Assembly (NCBI GenBank): GCA_965205215.1 | Contig: OZ242041.1 | Span: 448,001 to 512,000, forward strand | Length of the DNA: 64,000 nt | Source of the DNA: Nitrosopumilus sp. | GTDB lineage: Archaea; Thermoproteota; Nitrososphaeria; Nitrososphaerales; Nitrosopumilaceae | Reading direction: 5' to 3' | Shown: one piece after another, positions 9,321 through 19,703 of the stretch | Layout of the letters: each line of letters starts with the position of its first letter | How positions within the stretch are numbered: the stretch's first letter is position 1 | Notes under the pieces: model-generated | What the model was told of the DNA's origin: nothing | Databases searched by the model: none | Seen by the model: only the letters and a program-made list of their open reading frames with translations | Program-made: the position numbers and the translations under genes

Positions 9321-11066
9321 CTAGTCCTCGCCCTCGCCGCGCCCGTCTGTGCCCGCGCCATACTCGTCGATCACCTTGTCCCTCTCCTTGTCGAGCGCCC
9401 CGATCTCTTCGGCCTCCCTCTTCTCGTCCCCTTGGTATACGGTCCTGATGGGCCACGGTATCCTGATGTCGTACCGCTTGAACTCCTCATACATCATGAT
9501 CCTCATCTCCGTCGTCGTCTTGAACTGCGCGCCGTAGTTGCGCACGTACACCCACAGCGCAAAGTCGAGTGACGAGTCGTTAAAGTTCTGGAACCTGACG
9601 ACCGGCTGCGTCACGTCCACGTGCAGGTCCTTGTCGCAGCCGCAGCTGGGCTTGTTCTGGTCTAGGTACGGGCACCGGTACTGCCTTACGAGGTGCTTGC
9701 CCTTGAGGTCGACTATCTCGCTCATTGCGCGCCTGCCCACCTTTGTAAGGATGGCCTCGACCTGCTTGGGGTCATTTAGGTACGACACCCCGACCTTTAC
9801 GGTTGCAGGCACGAGCTGGTTCTCCTTTGTGTAGTTTATGATCTGGGACTCTACGAGGCTGCTTGTTGGAATGACTGCGACTGACTCGTGGAGCGCGTCC
9901 CTCACGTACGTGACAAGCGGCGTTATCCTGTGCACCAGGCCGTTGTATCCGGACTCCAGCTGTATCCGGTCCCCCTCCTTAAAGACGCTGTCCTTTCTGA
10001 TCCGCAGGTACGCAAAATAGTTCTTCATGGTCTCCTGCAGGGCCAGTCCCAGGCCTATCGAGAAGCCGCCGGTTGCCGTCGCGACCACGAACAGGTCCAC
10101 GCCCCACCACCCAAGCACGCCCAGAATGGTCGCCGCAAAGAGCCCGATGGGCATGAGCTGCTTTATGGACTTTGGCAGCTCGTGCCTCTTCTTGGCCGCG
10201 TATCCGGGGGGGTGCGCGCTCGGGACGACGTGCTCGTATCCGCCAAGCCGCTTCTCCTCCCTCCAGAGGTCGATGGGATATATCTCCGCCACCTTCATGC
10301 CCGGCCTCAGCTTTATGCCGGACTGGTTGTTGCCGCTCGTGCAGTCGGTGTAATACTTTGCGTACTTGGCGCGCTCCGACTTCTTCCACTCCTCGAGCGG
10401 ATTTTTTACCCTCTTTTCATACATGCCTATCGGGTTTCCCTTTGTGGTGCGGAACTGCTCAAGCTGCGCCATGCCCTCCTCCGTGCCCGTCAGCTTGCGG
10501 AACTCCTCGGCATCCATGCCCTCGGGGGCCTCCTTTGGGGGGGTCCACTTGTACAGTTTGTGGAAGAGGTCGCCGTCGTCGTCTGAAAACCCCCTCATCT
10601 CAAACCACGCGTCAAAGTCGCCCTTCTCGTCGATCGTGCGGTCGCGCTTTGTCAGTATTATTGGAATCATCTGGGAGGCTGCATAGCCGACCACGATTAT
10701 GGTGAACGTGTTGAGGATCTTGGCAAACGTCTCGCTTGCGCTGAGCATGCCGTCGGGCGCGGCCGCTTGTCCCCCCGGATCCTCGGTCAGGACGTTGGTC
10801 TGCACGTGCACGTTTATGGCCGCAATCAGGACTATGGCTATGATGGGCAGCATGACGCTGCGCAGGAACTTCGATATGTGCGGCCTCTCGTAGTAGAACC
10901 TCTGCGTGGCCATCCACGAGGAGAACCTCTTGTATATGGCGACAATCCCTATTATCCCGGCCGTCATGATGATGAATGCAATCTGGAGCGCCTCTGAGGT
11001 GGCAAGCAGGTGCGGGACGGTCTCAAACTGCCCCGCCGTAATCTGCGACAGCTCCTCGCCGGCCAT
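9321..11066 (-). CDS. Large MscS-family mechanosensitive channel
   Basis: GLGLALQETMKNYFA, FKEGDRI, IINYT, VGVSY, FNDSSLDFAL, IPWP motifs; ATG 11066. Confidence 0.85.
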   Translation of the reverse strand: MAGEELSQITAGQFETVPHLLATSEALQIAFIIMTAGIIGIVAIYKRFSSWMATQRFYYERPHISKFLRSVMLPIIAIVLIAAINVHVQTNVLTEDPGGQAAAPDGMLSASETFAKILNTFTIIVVGYAASQMIPIILTKRDRTIDEKGDFDAWFEMRGFSDDDGDLFHKLYKWTPPKEAPEGMDAEEFRKLTGTEEGMAQLEQFRTTKGNPIGMYEKRVKNPLEEWKKSERAKYAKYYTDCTSGNNQSGIKLRPGMKVAEIYPIDLWREEKRLGGYEHVVPSAHPPGYAAKKRHELPKSIKQLMPIGLFAATILGVLGWWGVDLFVVATATGGFSIGLGLALQETMKNYFAYLRIRKDSVFKEGDRIQLESGYNGLVHRITPLVTYVRDALHESVAVIPTSSLVESQIINYTKENQLVPATVKVGVSYLNDPKQVEAILTKVGRRAMSEIVDLKGKHLVRQYRCPYLDQNKPSCGCDKDLHVDVTQPVVRFQNFNDSSLDFALWVYVRNYGAQFKTTTEMRIMMYEEFKRYDIRIPWPIRTVYQGDEKREAEEIGALDKERDKVIDEYGAGTDGRGEGED

Positions 11067-11278
11067 GTCACTTCCTTCCCCGACGCCGCGGCGCTCTTCC
11101 GGTTTCCGTCTCCACACGTGCTGGCATCATGATACTCAGAGGGATCATCTCTCATGCACGTTATATCATTTTGTCCCCTCCCCCGTGCGTCATGCAGCAC
11201 GCGTGCGCCCGCCCCGGCCGTCCGCGCTGCCGCACGATCTAAAGGTTTAACAATAATCCTAACCGAATAGTGACACTC

Positions 11279-12682
11279 ATGACGTATCAGGAGACCGTAT
11301 GGGACGACGCGGCCGGCTCCCCGGCGCTCAAGTCATACACGCTGGCCAACTTCAGGAGCCTTCCGCAGATCGAGGCCCTCCCGGAGCAGGCGGTATCGGA
11401 GATGGAGGTGGTGGGCAACGTCCTCCCGTTCAAGGCCAACAACTACGTGGTCGAGCGGCTCATAGACTGGTCCGACATACCAAACGACCCGATCTTCGTG
11501 CTGACCTTCCCCCAGAGGGGGATGCTAAAGCCGGACCACTACGCAAAGATGGAGGCCGCGCTGGAGGGGGGCGCCGGCAAGGAGGAGATCGCGCGGGTGG
11601 CAAACGAGATACGCCTGCAGCTCAACCCGCACCCGGCCGGACAGATGGAGCTCAACGTCCCGGCGCTCCGGGACGGGACAAAGCTGTACGGCATGCAGCA
11701 CAAGTACAAGGAGACCTGCCTCTTCTTTCCAAGCCAGAGCCAGACCTGCCACGCGTACTGCAGCTTTTGCTTTAGGTGGCCGCAGTTCGTCGGGATGGAC
11801 GAGATGAAGTTTGCAATGAAGGAGGGCGAGCAGCTGGTCCAGTACGTGTCGGAGCATCCCGAGATAACCGACATCCTGTTTACCGGCGGCGATCCGATGA
11901 TAATGAAGGCGCGCATATTTGCAAAGTATGCGGACGCCATAATAGAGTCGAGGCTCCCGCACCTCAAGACCGTCAGGATAGGCACAAAGGCGCTCGCGTA
12001 CTGGCCGTACAAGTTCCTGACGGACCCCGACGCGGAGGAGATGCTCGACGTGTTCCGCCGCATAACCGAGAGCGGGCTGCACCTCGCGTTCATGTCACAC
12101 TTTAACCACCTCAACGAGCTCTCGACTGACGCGGTGGCGGCCGCCATCAAGAAGGTCAGGGCCACGGGCGCGCAGATAAGGACGCAGTCGCCGCTGCTTG
12201 CACACATAAACGACGACGCGCAGATGTGGGGGCGCATGTGGACCAAGCAGGTCAGCATGGGCTGCATTCCGTACTACATGTTCGTGGTCAGGGACACGGG
12301 CGCGCAGCACTACTTTGGCGTGCCGCTTGTCAGGGCGTACGAGATATTCAGCAGGGCGTACTCGTCAGTCAGCGGGCTGGCAAGGACGGTCAGGGGCCCC
12401 AGCATGTCGGCCACGCCCGGCAAGGTGCAGGTCTCCGGCGTCGCCACGATAGGCGGCCAAAAGATGCTCGTGCTCAGGTTCCTGCAGGGAAGGAACCCCG
12501 ACTGGGCGCACACACCGTTCTTTGCGAAATATGACGAGGACGCCATATGGCTTGACGACCTCAGGCCGGTGGAGGGCTCTAGGTTCTTCTTTGAGGACGA
12601 GCTTGACGCGATAAAGGCGGCAAAGCAGCAGGCAGGGCATAGCAGTACGCGCCCGGGCCAGGACCCCCCGCAGGAAAACTGA
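11279..12682 (+). CDS. KamA-family radical SAM protein (lysine 2,3-aminomutase-like)
   Basis: QHKYKET, CHAYCSFCFR (CxxxCxxC), LFTGGDPMI, HFNH, PYYMF. Confidence 0.9.
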   Translation: MTYQETVWDDAAGSPALKSYTLANFRSLPQIEALPEQAVSEMEVVGNVLPFKANNYVVERLIDWSDIPNDPIFVLTFPQRGMLKPDHYAKMEAALEGGAGKEEIARVANEIRLQLNPHPAGQMELNVPALRDGTKLYGMQHKYKETCLFFPSQSQTCHAYCSFCFRWPQFVGMDEMKFAMKEGEQLVQYVSEHPEITDILFTGGDPMIMKARIFAKYADAIIESRLPHLKTVRIGTKALAYWPYKFLTDPDAEEMLDVFRRITESGLHLAFMSHFNHLNELSTDAVAAAIKKVRATGAQIRTQSPLLAHINDDAQMWGRMWTKQVSMGCIPYYMFVVRDTGAQHYFGVPLVRAYEIFSRAYSSVSGLARTVRGPSMSATPGKVQVSGVATIGGQKMLVLRFLQGRNPDWAHTPFFAKYDEDAIWLDDLRPVEGSRFFFEDELDAIKAAKQQAGHSSTRPGQDPPQEN

Positions 12683-12870
12683 TCAACTAGCAACGAGGAT
12701 TGGCCACGACCCGGACACCGGTCCCCCGACTAGACGTATGCCAAACCCCGCCCGGGGCGTTCCCGGGCAAGAAGGCCGCAAAAGCGATCAGGAAAGGGCG
12801 GCCCCCGCCGGATGGAGTCGGAGCGACGGTGCGACATAGTCTTTTATAGCATACTTGTCAAAGCGCCGGC

Positions 12871-14046
12871 ATGTCCAGAAATAGCATGGGCCGGAGGCTC
12901 GTGCTATCAAGTTTTGGCGAGGCCAACGGACAACTGATCGGAGCCATGCTTGACGGCTGCCCCGCCGGCATGGAGCTCTCAGAGGCCGACATCCAGCCCA
13001 TGCTTGACCGGCGCAGGCCCGGGCAGAGCATCCTCTATACCCAGCGCAAGGAGGGTGACGTCGTCAGGATAATCTCTGGCACGTACCGCGGGCGCACGAC
13101 GGGCGCGCCAATTGCAATGATCATGGAAAACCAAGACACACCCTCGACCCACTATGAGCTCCTGAGGGCGTACCTTAGGCCCGGACACGCCGATTATACG
13201 GCCATGGTAAAGTACGGCCGCTTCAACGACATCCGGGGCAGCGGCAGGTTCTCTGGCAGGATCACCGCCACGTACGTGATGGCTGGGGCAATTGCACGAA
13301 AGCTTCTCAGGATCTCGCTTGGCGTCGAGACCTGTTCGTACGTCCAGTCGGTGGGCGCGACTACCATGGCGGCGGATACGACGGGGACGTCCGCAGCTGC
13401 GCAGCGTGGTGGTAGTGGATCCGCCGTCGCATATGACGATGCCGCGATATACGGCAACGACCTAAGATGCCCCGATCCCGCCACCGCCGCCGCCATGAGG
13501 GAAACCCTACTGGACACGAAGAGGAGGGCCGACTCGATCGGGGGCGTCGTACAATCCGTGACGACCGGGGTGCCGGTCGGACTGGGCGAGCCCATCTTCG
13601 GCTCCCTCGAGTCCGACATAAGCTCGGCCATGTTCTCGATTCCGTCCGTCAAGGGCGTGGAGTTTGGTTCCGGCTTTGCCGGCTCGGAGCTTTGCGGCTC
13701 GGAGAACAACGACACGTTCGCGCTTGCAGACGACCATGACGGCAGCGGTGGCAGCCCGCGCATAATAACGCGCACGAACAACTCCGGCGGCATTCTGGGA
13801 GGGATATCAAACGGCATGCCCATCACGATGAGGGTCGCCTTCAAGCCGGTCCCCTCCCTGCTGAAGGAACAACCCGCCGTCAACGTAGACACGATGAGCG
13901 AAGCCCCGCTGACCATCAAGGGTCGGTTCGACCAGTGTGCGGTCCCGCGGGCGCCGCCGATAGTCGACGCGCTGGTCTCGCTTGTAATAGCCGACCACGC
14001 GCTTGTATCCGGGCATATGGGGCCGGTGCTCCGCGACGAGAGCTGA
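12871..14046 (+). CDS. aroC: Chorismate synthase (divergent; see findings)
   Basis: RRRPGQS, GRTTGAPI, RPGHADY, DSIGG, GLGEPIF, KGVEFGSGF, GGILGGISNG, FKP signatures. Confidence 0.88.
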   Translation: MSRNSMGRRLVLSSFGEANGQLIGAMLDGCPAGMELSEADIQPMLDRRRPGQSILYTQRKEGDVVRIISGTYRGRTTGAPIAMIMENQDTPSTHYELLRAYLRPGHADYTAMVKYGRFNDIRGSGRFSGRITATYVMAGAIARKLLRISLGVETCSYVQSVGATTMAADTTGTSAAAQRGGSGSAVAYDDAAIYGNDLRCPDPATAAAMRETLLDTKRRADSIGGVVQSVTTGVPVGLGEPIFGSLESDISSAMFSIPSVKGVEFGSGFAGSELCGSENNDTFALADDHDGSGGSPRIITRTNNSGGILGGISNGMPITMRVAFKPVPSLLKEQPAVNVDTMSEAPLTIKGRFDQCAVPRAPPIVDALVSLVIADHALVSGHMGPVLRDES

Positions 14047-14149
14047 CGATCCGGATGCGCCGCGCCGCGGGGCTGGGGGCAGGGAGCACAACTCTTGGGC
14101 TGGCTGCTGGCGCGCTTGCCATTAAATAACACCCCTGCAACGGTATGTC

Positions 14150-15637
14150 ATGAGCACCGGAAGCGAGGAGATGACGACAGGCAGGGTTCTTGACGTCATC
14201 GAGAGCGAGGGCATCTCCTTTGTCGACTTTTGGTTTGTGGACGTCTTCGGCGAGCTGCACAATGTGGGGATGCCCACCTATGCGATAGACGAGGACAACT
14301 TTGTAAACGGGCTTGAAAAGCTGGACGGAAGCTCCATTGTGGGGTTCAAGACGGTCAACAAGTCCGACATGGTGATGCTGCCTGACCCGTCCACGTTCCG
14401 TATACTTCCCGACGACTATGACATGGGCGCAGGCAGCGGCGGCGGCCACGGCCGCAAGAACGCGCGGATAATATGCGACCTGTACGATGGGAGCACGCAT
14501 CCGGACGCCAGGTACAACCGGGACTCACGCGGAATAGCCGAAAAGGCGGCGGGCAAGCTGTCCGAGCTCGGGTTCACGCACACGAACTGGGGGCCAGAGA
14601 TAGAGTTCTTCATATTCGACGCGATAAACGTGTATCCCTCGCCGTACGCGGCGACCCACTCCGGCGCGGGCTCTGGGTACTCGATCGAGTCCAAGGAGTC
14701 GCCCTGGTCCAAGGGAAACGTCAGTACTGCCATCGAGGTTCGCGAGGGGTACTATCCCTCGCAGCCAAAGGACACTCTTGACGGGTTCCGCAAGGACGTC
14801 TGCGTGGACCTGTACCGCCACTTTGGCATAGAGGTCGAGGCCGAGCACCACGAGGTTGCGACGTCCGGCCAGTGCGAGGTCAACCTCCGGTACGGGCGCA
14901 TGATACAGATGGCCGACAACGTGGTCACGGTGAAGAACCTCGTAAAGGTAAAGGCAAAGCGCAAGAACAGGGTGGCGACGTTCATGCCAAAGCCGATATT
15001 CGGCGACAACGCGTCGGCCATGCACACGCACCAGAGCCTGTGGAACGGCCAGACAAACGAGATGTACGACGAGGACGACCTGGTTGCGCAGATCAGCCAG
15101 GCCGGCAGGTACTACGTGGGGGGCATACTGGATCACGCAGAGGCGCTCTGCGCCATAACAAACCCCACCACGAACTCGTACAAGCGGCTCGTTCCGGGCT
15201 TTGAGGCGCCGGTAAACGTCTGCTGGGGCCTGGGAAACCGCTCTGCGGCCGTGAGGGTGCCCATGTATACCCGGCACCAGGAGAAGAGCAAGAGGATCGA
15301 GTACCGCGTGCCGGACCCGACTGCCAACATCTACCTGCTGGAGGCGGCTCTGCTGCTGGCCGGGCTTGACGGCATCCGGAGAAAGCTTGATCCGGGCGAC
15401 CCCGTCGAGGAGAACGTATACAGGCTCACCCCCGAGAAGAAGCGCGAGTACAACATCAGCTCGCTGCCCGCGTCGCTGAAGGGCGCCCTCGACTCGCTCG
15501 CAAGCGACAGGGAGTTCCTCGTAGACGTGTTTACAAGGGACTTTCTAGAGGTGTACGCAGACCTAAAGTACAGCGAGTACTCGTCGTTTGCACAGACCCC
15601 CACCGCGTGGGAGATCTCCATGTATGCGGACGCCTAG
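14150..15637 (+). CDS. glnA: Glutamine synthetase type I
   Basis: DGSSI.GF, GPEIEFF, HHEVA, FMPKP..GDNASAMHTHQSL, NSYKRLVPGFEAP, NRSAAVRVP, RIEYRVPD. Confidence 0.97.
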   Translation: MSTGSEEMTTGRVLDVIESEGISFVDFWFVDVFGELHNVGMPTYAIDEDNFVNGLEKLDGSSIVGFKTVNKSDMVMLPDPSTFRILPDDYDMGAGSGGGHGRKNARIICDLYDGSTHPDARYNRDSRGIAEKAAGKLSELGFTHTNWGPEIEFFIFDAINVYPSPYAATHSGAGSGYSIESKESPWSKGNVSTAIEVREGYYPSQPKDTLDGFRKDVCVDLYRHFGIEVEAEHHEVATSGQCEVNLRYGRMIQMADNVVTVKNLVKVKAKRKNRVATFMPKPIFGDNASAMHTHQSLWNGQTNEMYDEDDLVAQISQAGRYYVGGILDHAEALCAITNPTTNSYKRLVPGFEAPVNVCWGLGNRSAAVRVPMYTRHQEKSKRIEYRVPDPTANIYLLEAALLLAGLDGIRRKLDPGDPVEENVYRLTPEKKREYNISSLPASLKGALDSLASDREFLVDVFTRDFLEVYADLKYSEYSSFAQTPTAWEISMYADA

Positions 15638-15738
15638 CCGCTCTTACCACCACCGCGCCGCCGCCGCCGCCGCCGCCGCCGCACTGCGGCGCATCAAACC
15701 ACAAATATGAAACCCGGCTGACCCACTGCAGGTCTGGG

Positions 15739-16929
15739 ATGGTCGAATCAAACTATGACATTCTGGGGGTGCCCGAGGACTCCACGGATAGGGAGATCCG
15801 GGACGCGTTCAGGCAGCTTGCGCTCCGGCTGCACTCTGATCGCGGGGGCGAGAGCAAGCAGTTCATCCGCATCAAGCAGGCGTACGAGGATCTGAAGGCG
15901 GGCAAAAAGTATCCGGACACGGACGACGAGCGCCTGAGAAACTCGAGGGTGTTTGCAGGGGACACGGACGCCGACGTGAAGAGGCGCAACCAGATACTGG
16001 GCCAGCAGATACACAAGGAGATGATGGCCGCCGAGGAGTGGGCGGCCGCCCTGAACCGCGCCAACATGACCGCGTCAAAACTGTTCGGCTCAAAGACGCT
16101 GGGGGAGATCGAGCTTGAGCGCAAGGCAAACGGCGCCCTCTCGATAAAGGGCAACTTTATGGCCGGCAGCCTGACGTATGACGGCCCCATTACGATGAGC
16201 GGCAACGTTACAAGCCCGTCGTGGGCAGAGGAGTACCGCACCCGGATACGGCTCACCCGGGGTGACTTCAAGCTGGTGAACCCGCTTGAGAACAAGTACA
16301 GGATAGAGAACGGGGCCTCCATTACAGTGGAGGACGGCAGCGCCATCGTCGGAAACGTGTTCGGCCGCAAGTACAGGGTGGACGACCAAGAGGGCAGGGT
16401 CGGCGTGTTCCACATGCAAGAATACCGCACCAGGATCTCGGCCCCCCGGGGCAGGATAATCGCCGAGAACGTGGTCAATACGGTCTCGCTGGAGGCCGAC
16501 ACCGTGATGGTGCTCAACGTGGAGGACGACGTGGTGATATCTGCCCGCGAGCTGCTGTTTTACGGCGGCAAGCTTACGTACGATTCGACGATTATACTGA
16601 GGCGCGGCGGCACCATCCGGTTCTTTGAACAGTTCTCGATACAGGGGCTGAGCGGCGATGCCGTGATAAAGCTGGAGGGTTCGGGCAAGGCCATACGCCT
16701 CTTCAACCTCAAGACCAAGCGCATAAGGACGCTTCCCGACGAGCTTGTCCGGGACAAGGAATCGTATGCAAAGGACGCGACCATGGTGGGGGGCGGGTTT
16801 ACCATAACATACGAGATGCTTGAGAGCATATCGGTGGGCCAGAAGCCGTCAAAGAGGAAGGACAAGAGGGAAGAAAAGCCGTCGGGAGGGGGCTGGGCCG
16901 CAAGGTTCGGATTCGGGCAGCGGCAATAG
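15739..16929 (+). CDS. J-domain (DnaJ-like) protein with a beta-rich C-terminal domain
   Basis: NYDILGV...EIRDAFRQLALRLHSDRGG...F..IKQAYEDL; ATG 15739. Confidence 0.85.
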   Translation: MVESNYDILGVPEDSTDREIRDAFRQLALRLHSDRGGESKQFIRIKQAYEDLKAGKKYPDTDDERLRNSRVFAGDTDADVKRRNQILGQQIHKEMMAAEEWAAALNRANMTASKLFGSKTLGEIELERKANGALSIKGNFMAGSLTYDGPITMSGNVTSPSWAEEYRTRIRLTRGDFKLVNPLENKYRIENGASITVEDGSAIVGNVFGRKYRVDDQEGRVGVFHMQEYRTRISAPRGRIIAENVVNTVSLEADTVMVLNVEDDVVISARELLFYGGKLTYDSTIILRRGGTIRFFEQFSIQGLSGDAVIKLEGSGKAIRLFNLKTKRIRTLPDELVRDKESYAKDATMVGGGFTITYEMLESISVGQKPSKRKDKREEKPSGGGWAARFGFGQRQ

Positions 16930-17005
16930 CCGCCGCCGTGACCACTACGCCCCGGCGCGGCGAACCCGTTCAAAAATAAAATAAGAAAAAAGGTTTGGAA
17001 CCGAC

Positions 17006-17305
17006 TTAGTCAATCAGTTCAGTCCAGCCCTTTACAAAGACCGAGTTCTTGTAGAGTGGCACAGGTTGTCCGACGGTAAAGTCCATCGGCCTCATCCAAA
17101 AGATTGCCTTTGTCGGGCACACGCCAATGCATGCGCCGTCAGAGATGCATCTCTCCGGATAAAAGACAAACGCCTTGCCTCTCTTCCAGCCCTCGACTGG
17201 TTTTACTCTTAGCACATCAGGTCCCAGAGATGTACAGATCTCCACACATAGTGCACAGCCTATGCACATCTGCTCGCTGATGTCAGGAATAATTCCTACT
17301 GGCAT
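17006..17305 (-). CDS. 4Fe-4S dicluster ferredoxin
   Basis: CIGCALCVEIC and CISDGACIGVCP; T-rich terminator-like tract at 16972-16991. Confidence 0.92.
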   Translation of the reverse strand: MPVGIIPDISEQMCIGCALCVEICTSLGPDVLRVKPVEGWKRGKAFVFYPERCISDGACIGVCPTKAIFWMRPMDFTVGQPVPLYKNSVFVKGWTELID

Positions 17306-17417
17306 TGTGATTCAGAATCTCCATTCATTGTTAATAAGGCTTGCCGTAAAACCATGACCTATAACGGCGTTTGCCGTTTTATAACACCGTTATGAAAGCG
17401 ATCGCATGCCGTTGCTG

Positions 17418-18125
17418 CTACACCTCTACCTTGGCAGGTGGCGCGTCCGTGCCTTCGGGCGGCAGCAGGTAGGTGCTGTCGGCCGCCATGCGCGGAACCT
17501 GCCTTCCCCCGGGGTGTAGCACCCATTCCTCTGCAGTCGCCGCCGCCGGCTGGGCGGCATGCGTCGCCTCTCCGCCGCCGCCCTTGCCGCCGCCGAACCT
17601 GTTTGCCTTCATACTCATCCTTCTCCTTACCCGCACTCCTACTATGACGGCCGAGCCGGCCTGCCCTGCAAGCGACGCGAGGGCCATTATGTGCGTGTTT
17701 GCAGTCATGGCCGAGTCAGCCCCCCCGTACATCTCGTAGATCCCGTTCAGCGAGTCTATTATGACGGTCATCCTGCCGGCGGACGACGCGGATATGGCAG
17801 ATGCAAGATCGCGGTGCCACGTGTCCTGGTCGGGACAGACCAGGGTCGTGCAGTCGCGGATCCTTCCGAGGCCCGCCCTTGCGCACCCCGCGTACAGCAG
17901 GTCCGTGTCCATGTACAGCACGGATCCGGCCGCCGCGCCGGCCGCCGCGCGCAGAAACCGCGTCTTTGCGGCCGCGCCGGTGCAGAGTATGACGCTCAGC
18001 GGGGATCCCTCCCGGCCTGTCAGTCTTCGCGCAAGCAGTTCTGCATGCGAGGGCGCGGACGGCGACGGCTGTCCCTCCTGCCCTGACTCCTTTCCGCCCG
18101 CCCCGCCATGGTTTTTATCCATCAC
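17418..18125 (-). CDS. Hypothetical protein with a degenerate RecA/KaiC-like P-loop fold
   Basis: AKTRFL, VLYMDTDL, VIIDSLNG. Confidence 0.6.
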   Translation of the reverse strand: MMDKNHGGAGGKESGQEGQPSPSAPSHAELLARRLTGREGSPLSVILCTGAAAKTRFLRAAAGAAAGSVLYMDTDLLYAGCARAGLGRIRDCTTLVCPDQDTWHRDLASAISASSAGRMTVIIDSLNGIYEMYGGADSAMTANTHIMALASLAGQAGSAVIVGVRVRRRMSMKANRFGGGKGGGGEATHAAQPAAATAEEWVLHPGGRQVPRMAADSTYLLPPEGTDAPPAKVEV

Positions 18126-18151
18126 GTGTGGTAGCTGCTTGAGACATAATA

Positions 18152-19435
18152 ATGAGCTTGGATGATCCCACTGCCCGCCCCGCCAGAGGGGTTAAGAGTG
18201 ACTTTGCAGACGACTTTGCATACACGGGGGACAGGATCTACCTGAACAGCGCGTCCGTCTCTGTGATGCCAGAGCCGAGCATAGACGCCATGAGGGACTT
18301 TCTGATAGAGTACAATTTGGCGGGGCCGGACTCTGCCGTATCCAAAGAGCTCGTAACAAAAAAGATCCAAAACGTCAGGAGCATGATTTCAAAGATAATC
18401 TCGTGCAGCCCGGACGAGGTCGTGCTGACCCAGAGTACCACGGACGGGGTAAACATGGTGGCCAGTGGGCTCGGACTAGGCGCCGACGCGGCCGGGGTGA
18501 TAATTCGGGGCATGGAGCACGAACACCATGCCAACCTGTATCCGTGGCTCCGGCTGGCCGAGAGAGGCGTCCGAATCAGGAGCCTCGGGATAGACCGAGA
18601 CGGGCTCTTTGAGATGGGCCAGCTCGCGTCCCTTCTTGACGGGCACGCCGGACTGGTCGTCTTGAGCCACGCCCTGTACAACACGGGCGCCATCCTGCCG
18701 GTAGAGGAGGCGGGCGACGTCATAAGGGAGCGCGCGGGCGACTGCAGATTCTTCCTTGACGCGGCGCAGACCATCGGCTGCATAGACCCTGCAGACTGCG
18801 ACGTCTCCCGCATAGGCTGCGACTATATGTCGTTTAACGGCTCAAAATGGCTGTGCGGCCCCATGGGCACCGGACTGTTTTACTGCAGCCGGGAGGCAGG
18901 CCGCACCTTGGATCCCATAATGATCGGGGGAGAGTCTGCCACACTGGACGGTCATGATGCTTGCTGCAGCAGTGGTGAAGGCAACAATGACCGCGACAGC
19001 AGCAACGATGGCCGCAGCAACGACACGGCGCCCCGGCGCCTTGCCCTCAAGGACGCGCCAGACAGGTTCCAGGCCGGCTTTAGAAACTATGCCGGAGTGG
19101 CCGGGCTGGAGGCCTCCCTGGAGTATGTGACGGGTGTCGGCCTCGGCCGCATACGCGCGATAAACCGGAACCTGGCGGGCCTGCTGTATGACGAGCTAAG
19201 CCGGATGCCCGGCGTCTCCGTGTATGTGCCAGGCGATCCCGCAAGGCGCACCAGCATCATATCATTTAACATCGACGACACGAGCCCGGAGCAGGTGGTT
19301 GAAAGACTGGCGCGGCAGGGGATAATACTCGCCGTCCGCAAACAGGGAAGCCTCGCGCATGTGCGGGCGTCGCCCCATTTTTTCAATACCGAGGGTGAGA
19401 TGCACGCGTTGCTCGATGCGCTAAAAAGGCTGTAG
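18152..19435 (+). CDS. Class V PLP-dependent aminotransferase/C-S lyase-like protein
   Basis: IYLNSAS, EHHAN, DAAQTIG, NGSKWLCGPMGTG, RASPHFFN; lacks the SufS/IscS catalytic Cys loop. Confidence 0.88.
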   Translation: MSLDDPTARPARGVKSDFADDFAYTGDRIYLNSASVSVMPEPSIDAMRDFLIEYNLAGPDSAVSKELVTKKIQNVRSMISKIISCSPDEVVLTQSTTDGVNMVASGLGLGADAAGVIIRGMEHEHHANLYPWLRLAERGVRIRSLGIDRDGLFEMGQLASLLDGHAGLVVLSHALYNTGAILPVEEAGDVIRERAGDCRFFLDAAQTIGCIDPADCDVSRIGCDYMSFNGSKWLCGPMGTGLFYCSREAGRTLDPIMIGGESATLDGHDACCSSGEGNNDRDSSNDGRSNDTAPRRLALKDAPDRFQAGFRNYAGVAGLEASLEYVTGVGLGRIRAINRNLAGLLYDELSRMPGVSVYVPGDPARRTSIISFNIDDTSPEQVVERLARQGIILAVRKQGSLAHVRASPHFFNTEGEMHALLDALKRL

Positions 19436-19448
19436 GCCCCGCATGTTG

Positions 19449-19703
19449 CTACTGTCCCTGCCCCTCTATTACCATCATGGTCAGGGTGGACTGGACTTTG
19501 CCTATCTTCCTGATCCTGTCCGTTATTATTCCGCGCAGCTCTTCCGGATCGTCGGCCGTAAGCTTGAGGACTATGTCGTACACCCCATACACCCCCTGTA
19601 TCTCAAACTTGGCGTTCTCCGACGCCAGTATCTGTTTCACCTCGTCGATTATGGATTCGTCGGACCCCAGATCAGAATTGAGCAGGACGTACGCTGTCGG
19701 CAC
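19449..19703 (-). CDS. Lrp/AsnC ligand-binding (RAM) domain protein
   Basis: AYVLLN, GVYGVYDIVLKL, IRKI.KVQSTLTM. Confidence 0.88.
   Translation of the reverse strand: MPTAYVLLNSDLGSDESIIDEVKQILASENAKFEIQGVYGVYDIVLKLTADDPEELRGIITDRIRKIGKVQSTLTMMVIEGQGQ

Noticed and set aside
18152-19435. Cysteine desulfurase (sufS/iscS) call
   Set aside because: The C-terminal catalytic Cys loop (RxGxHC or GSAC) is absent; kept as a generic class V PLP enzyme.
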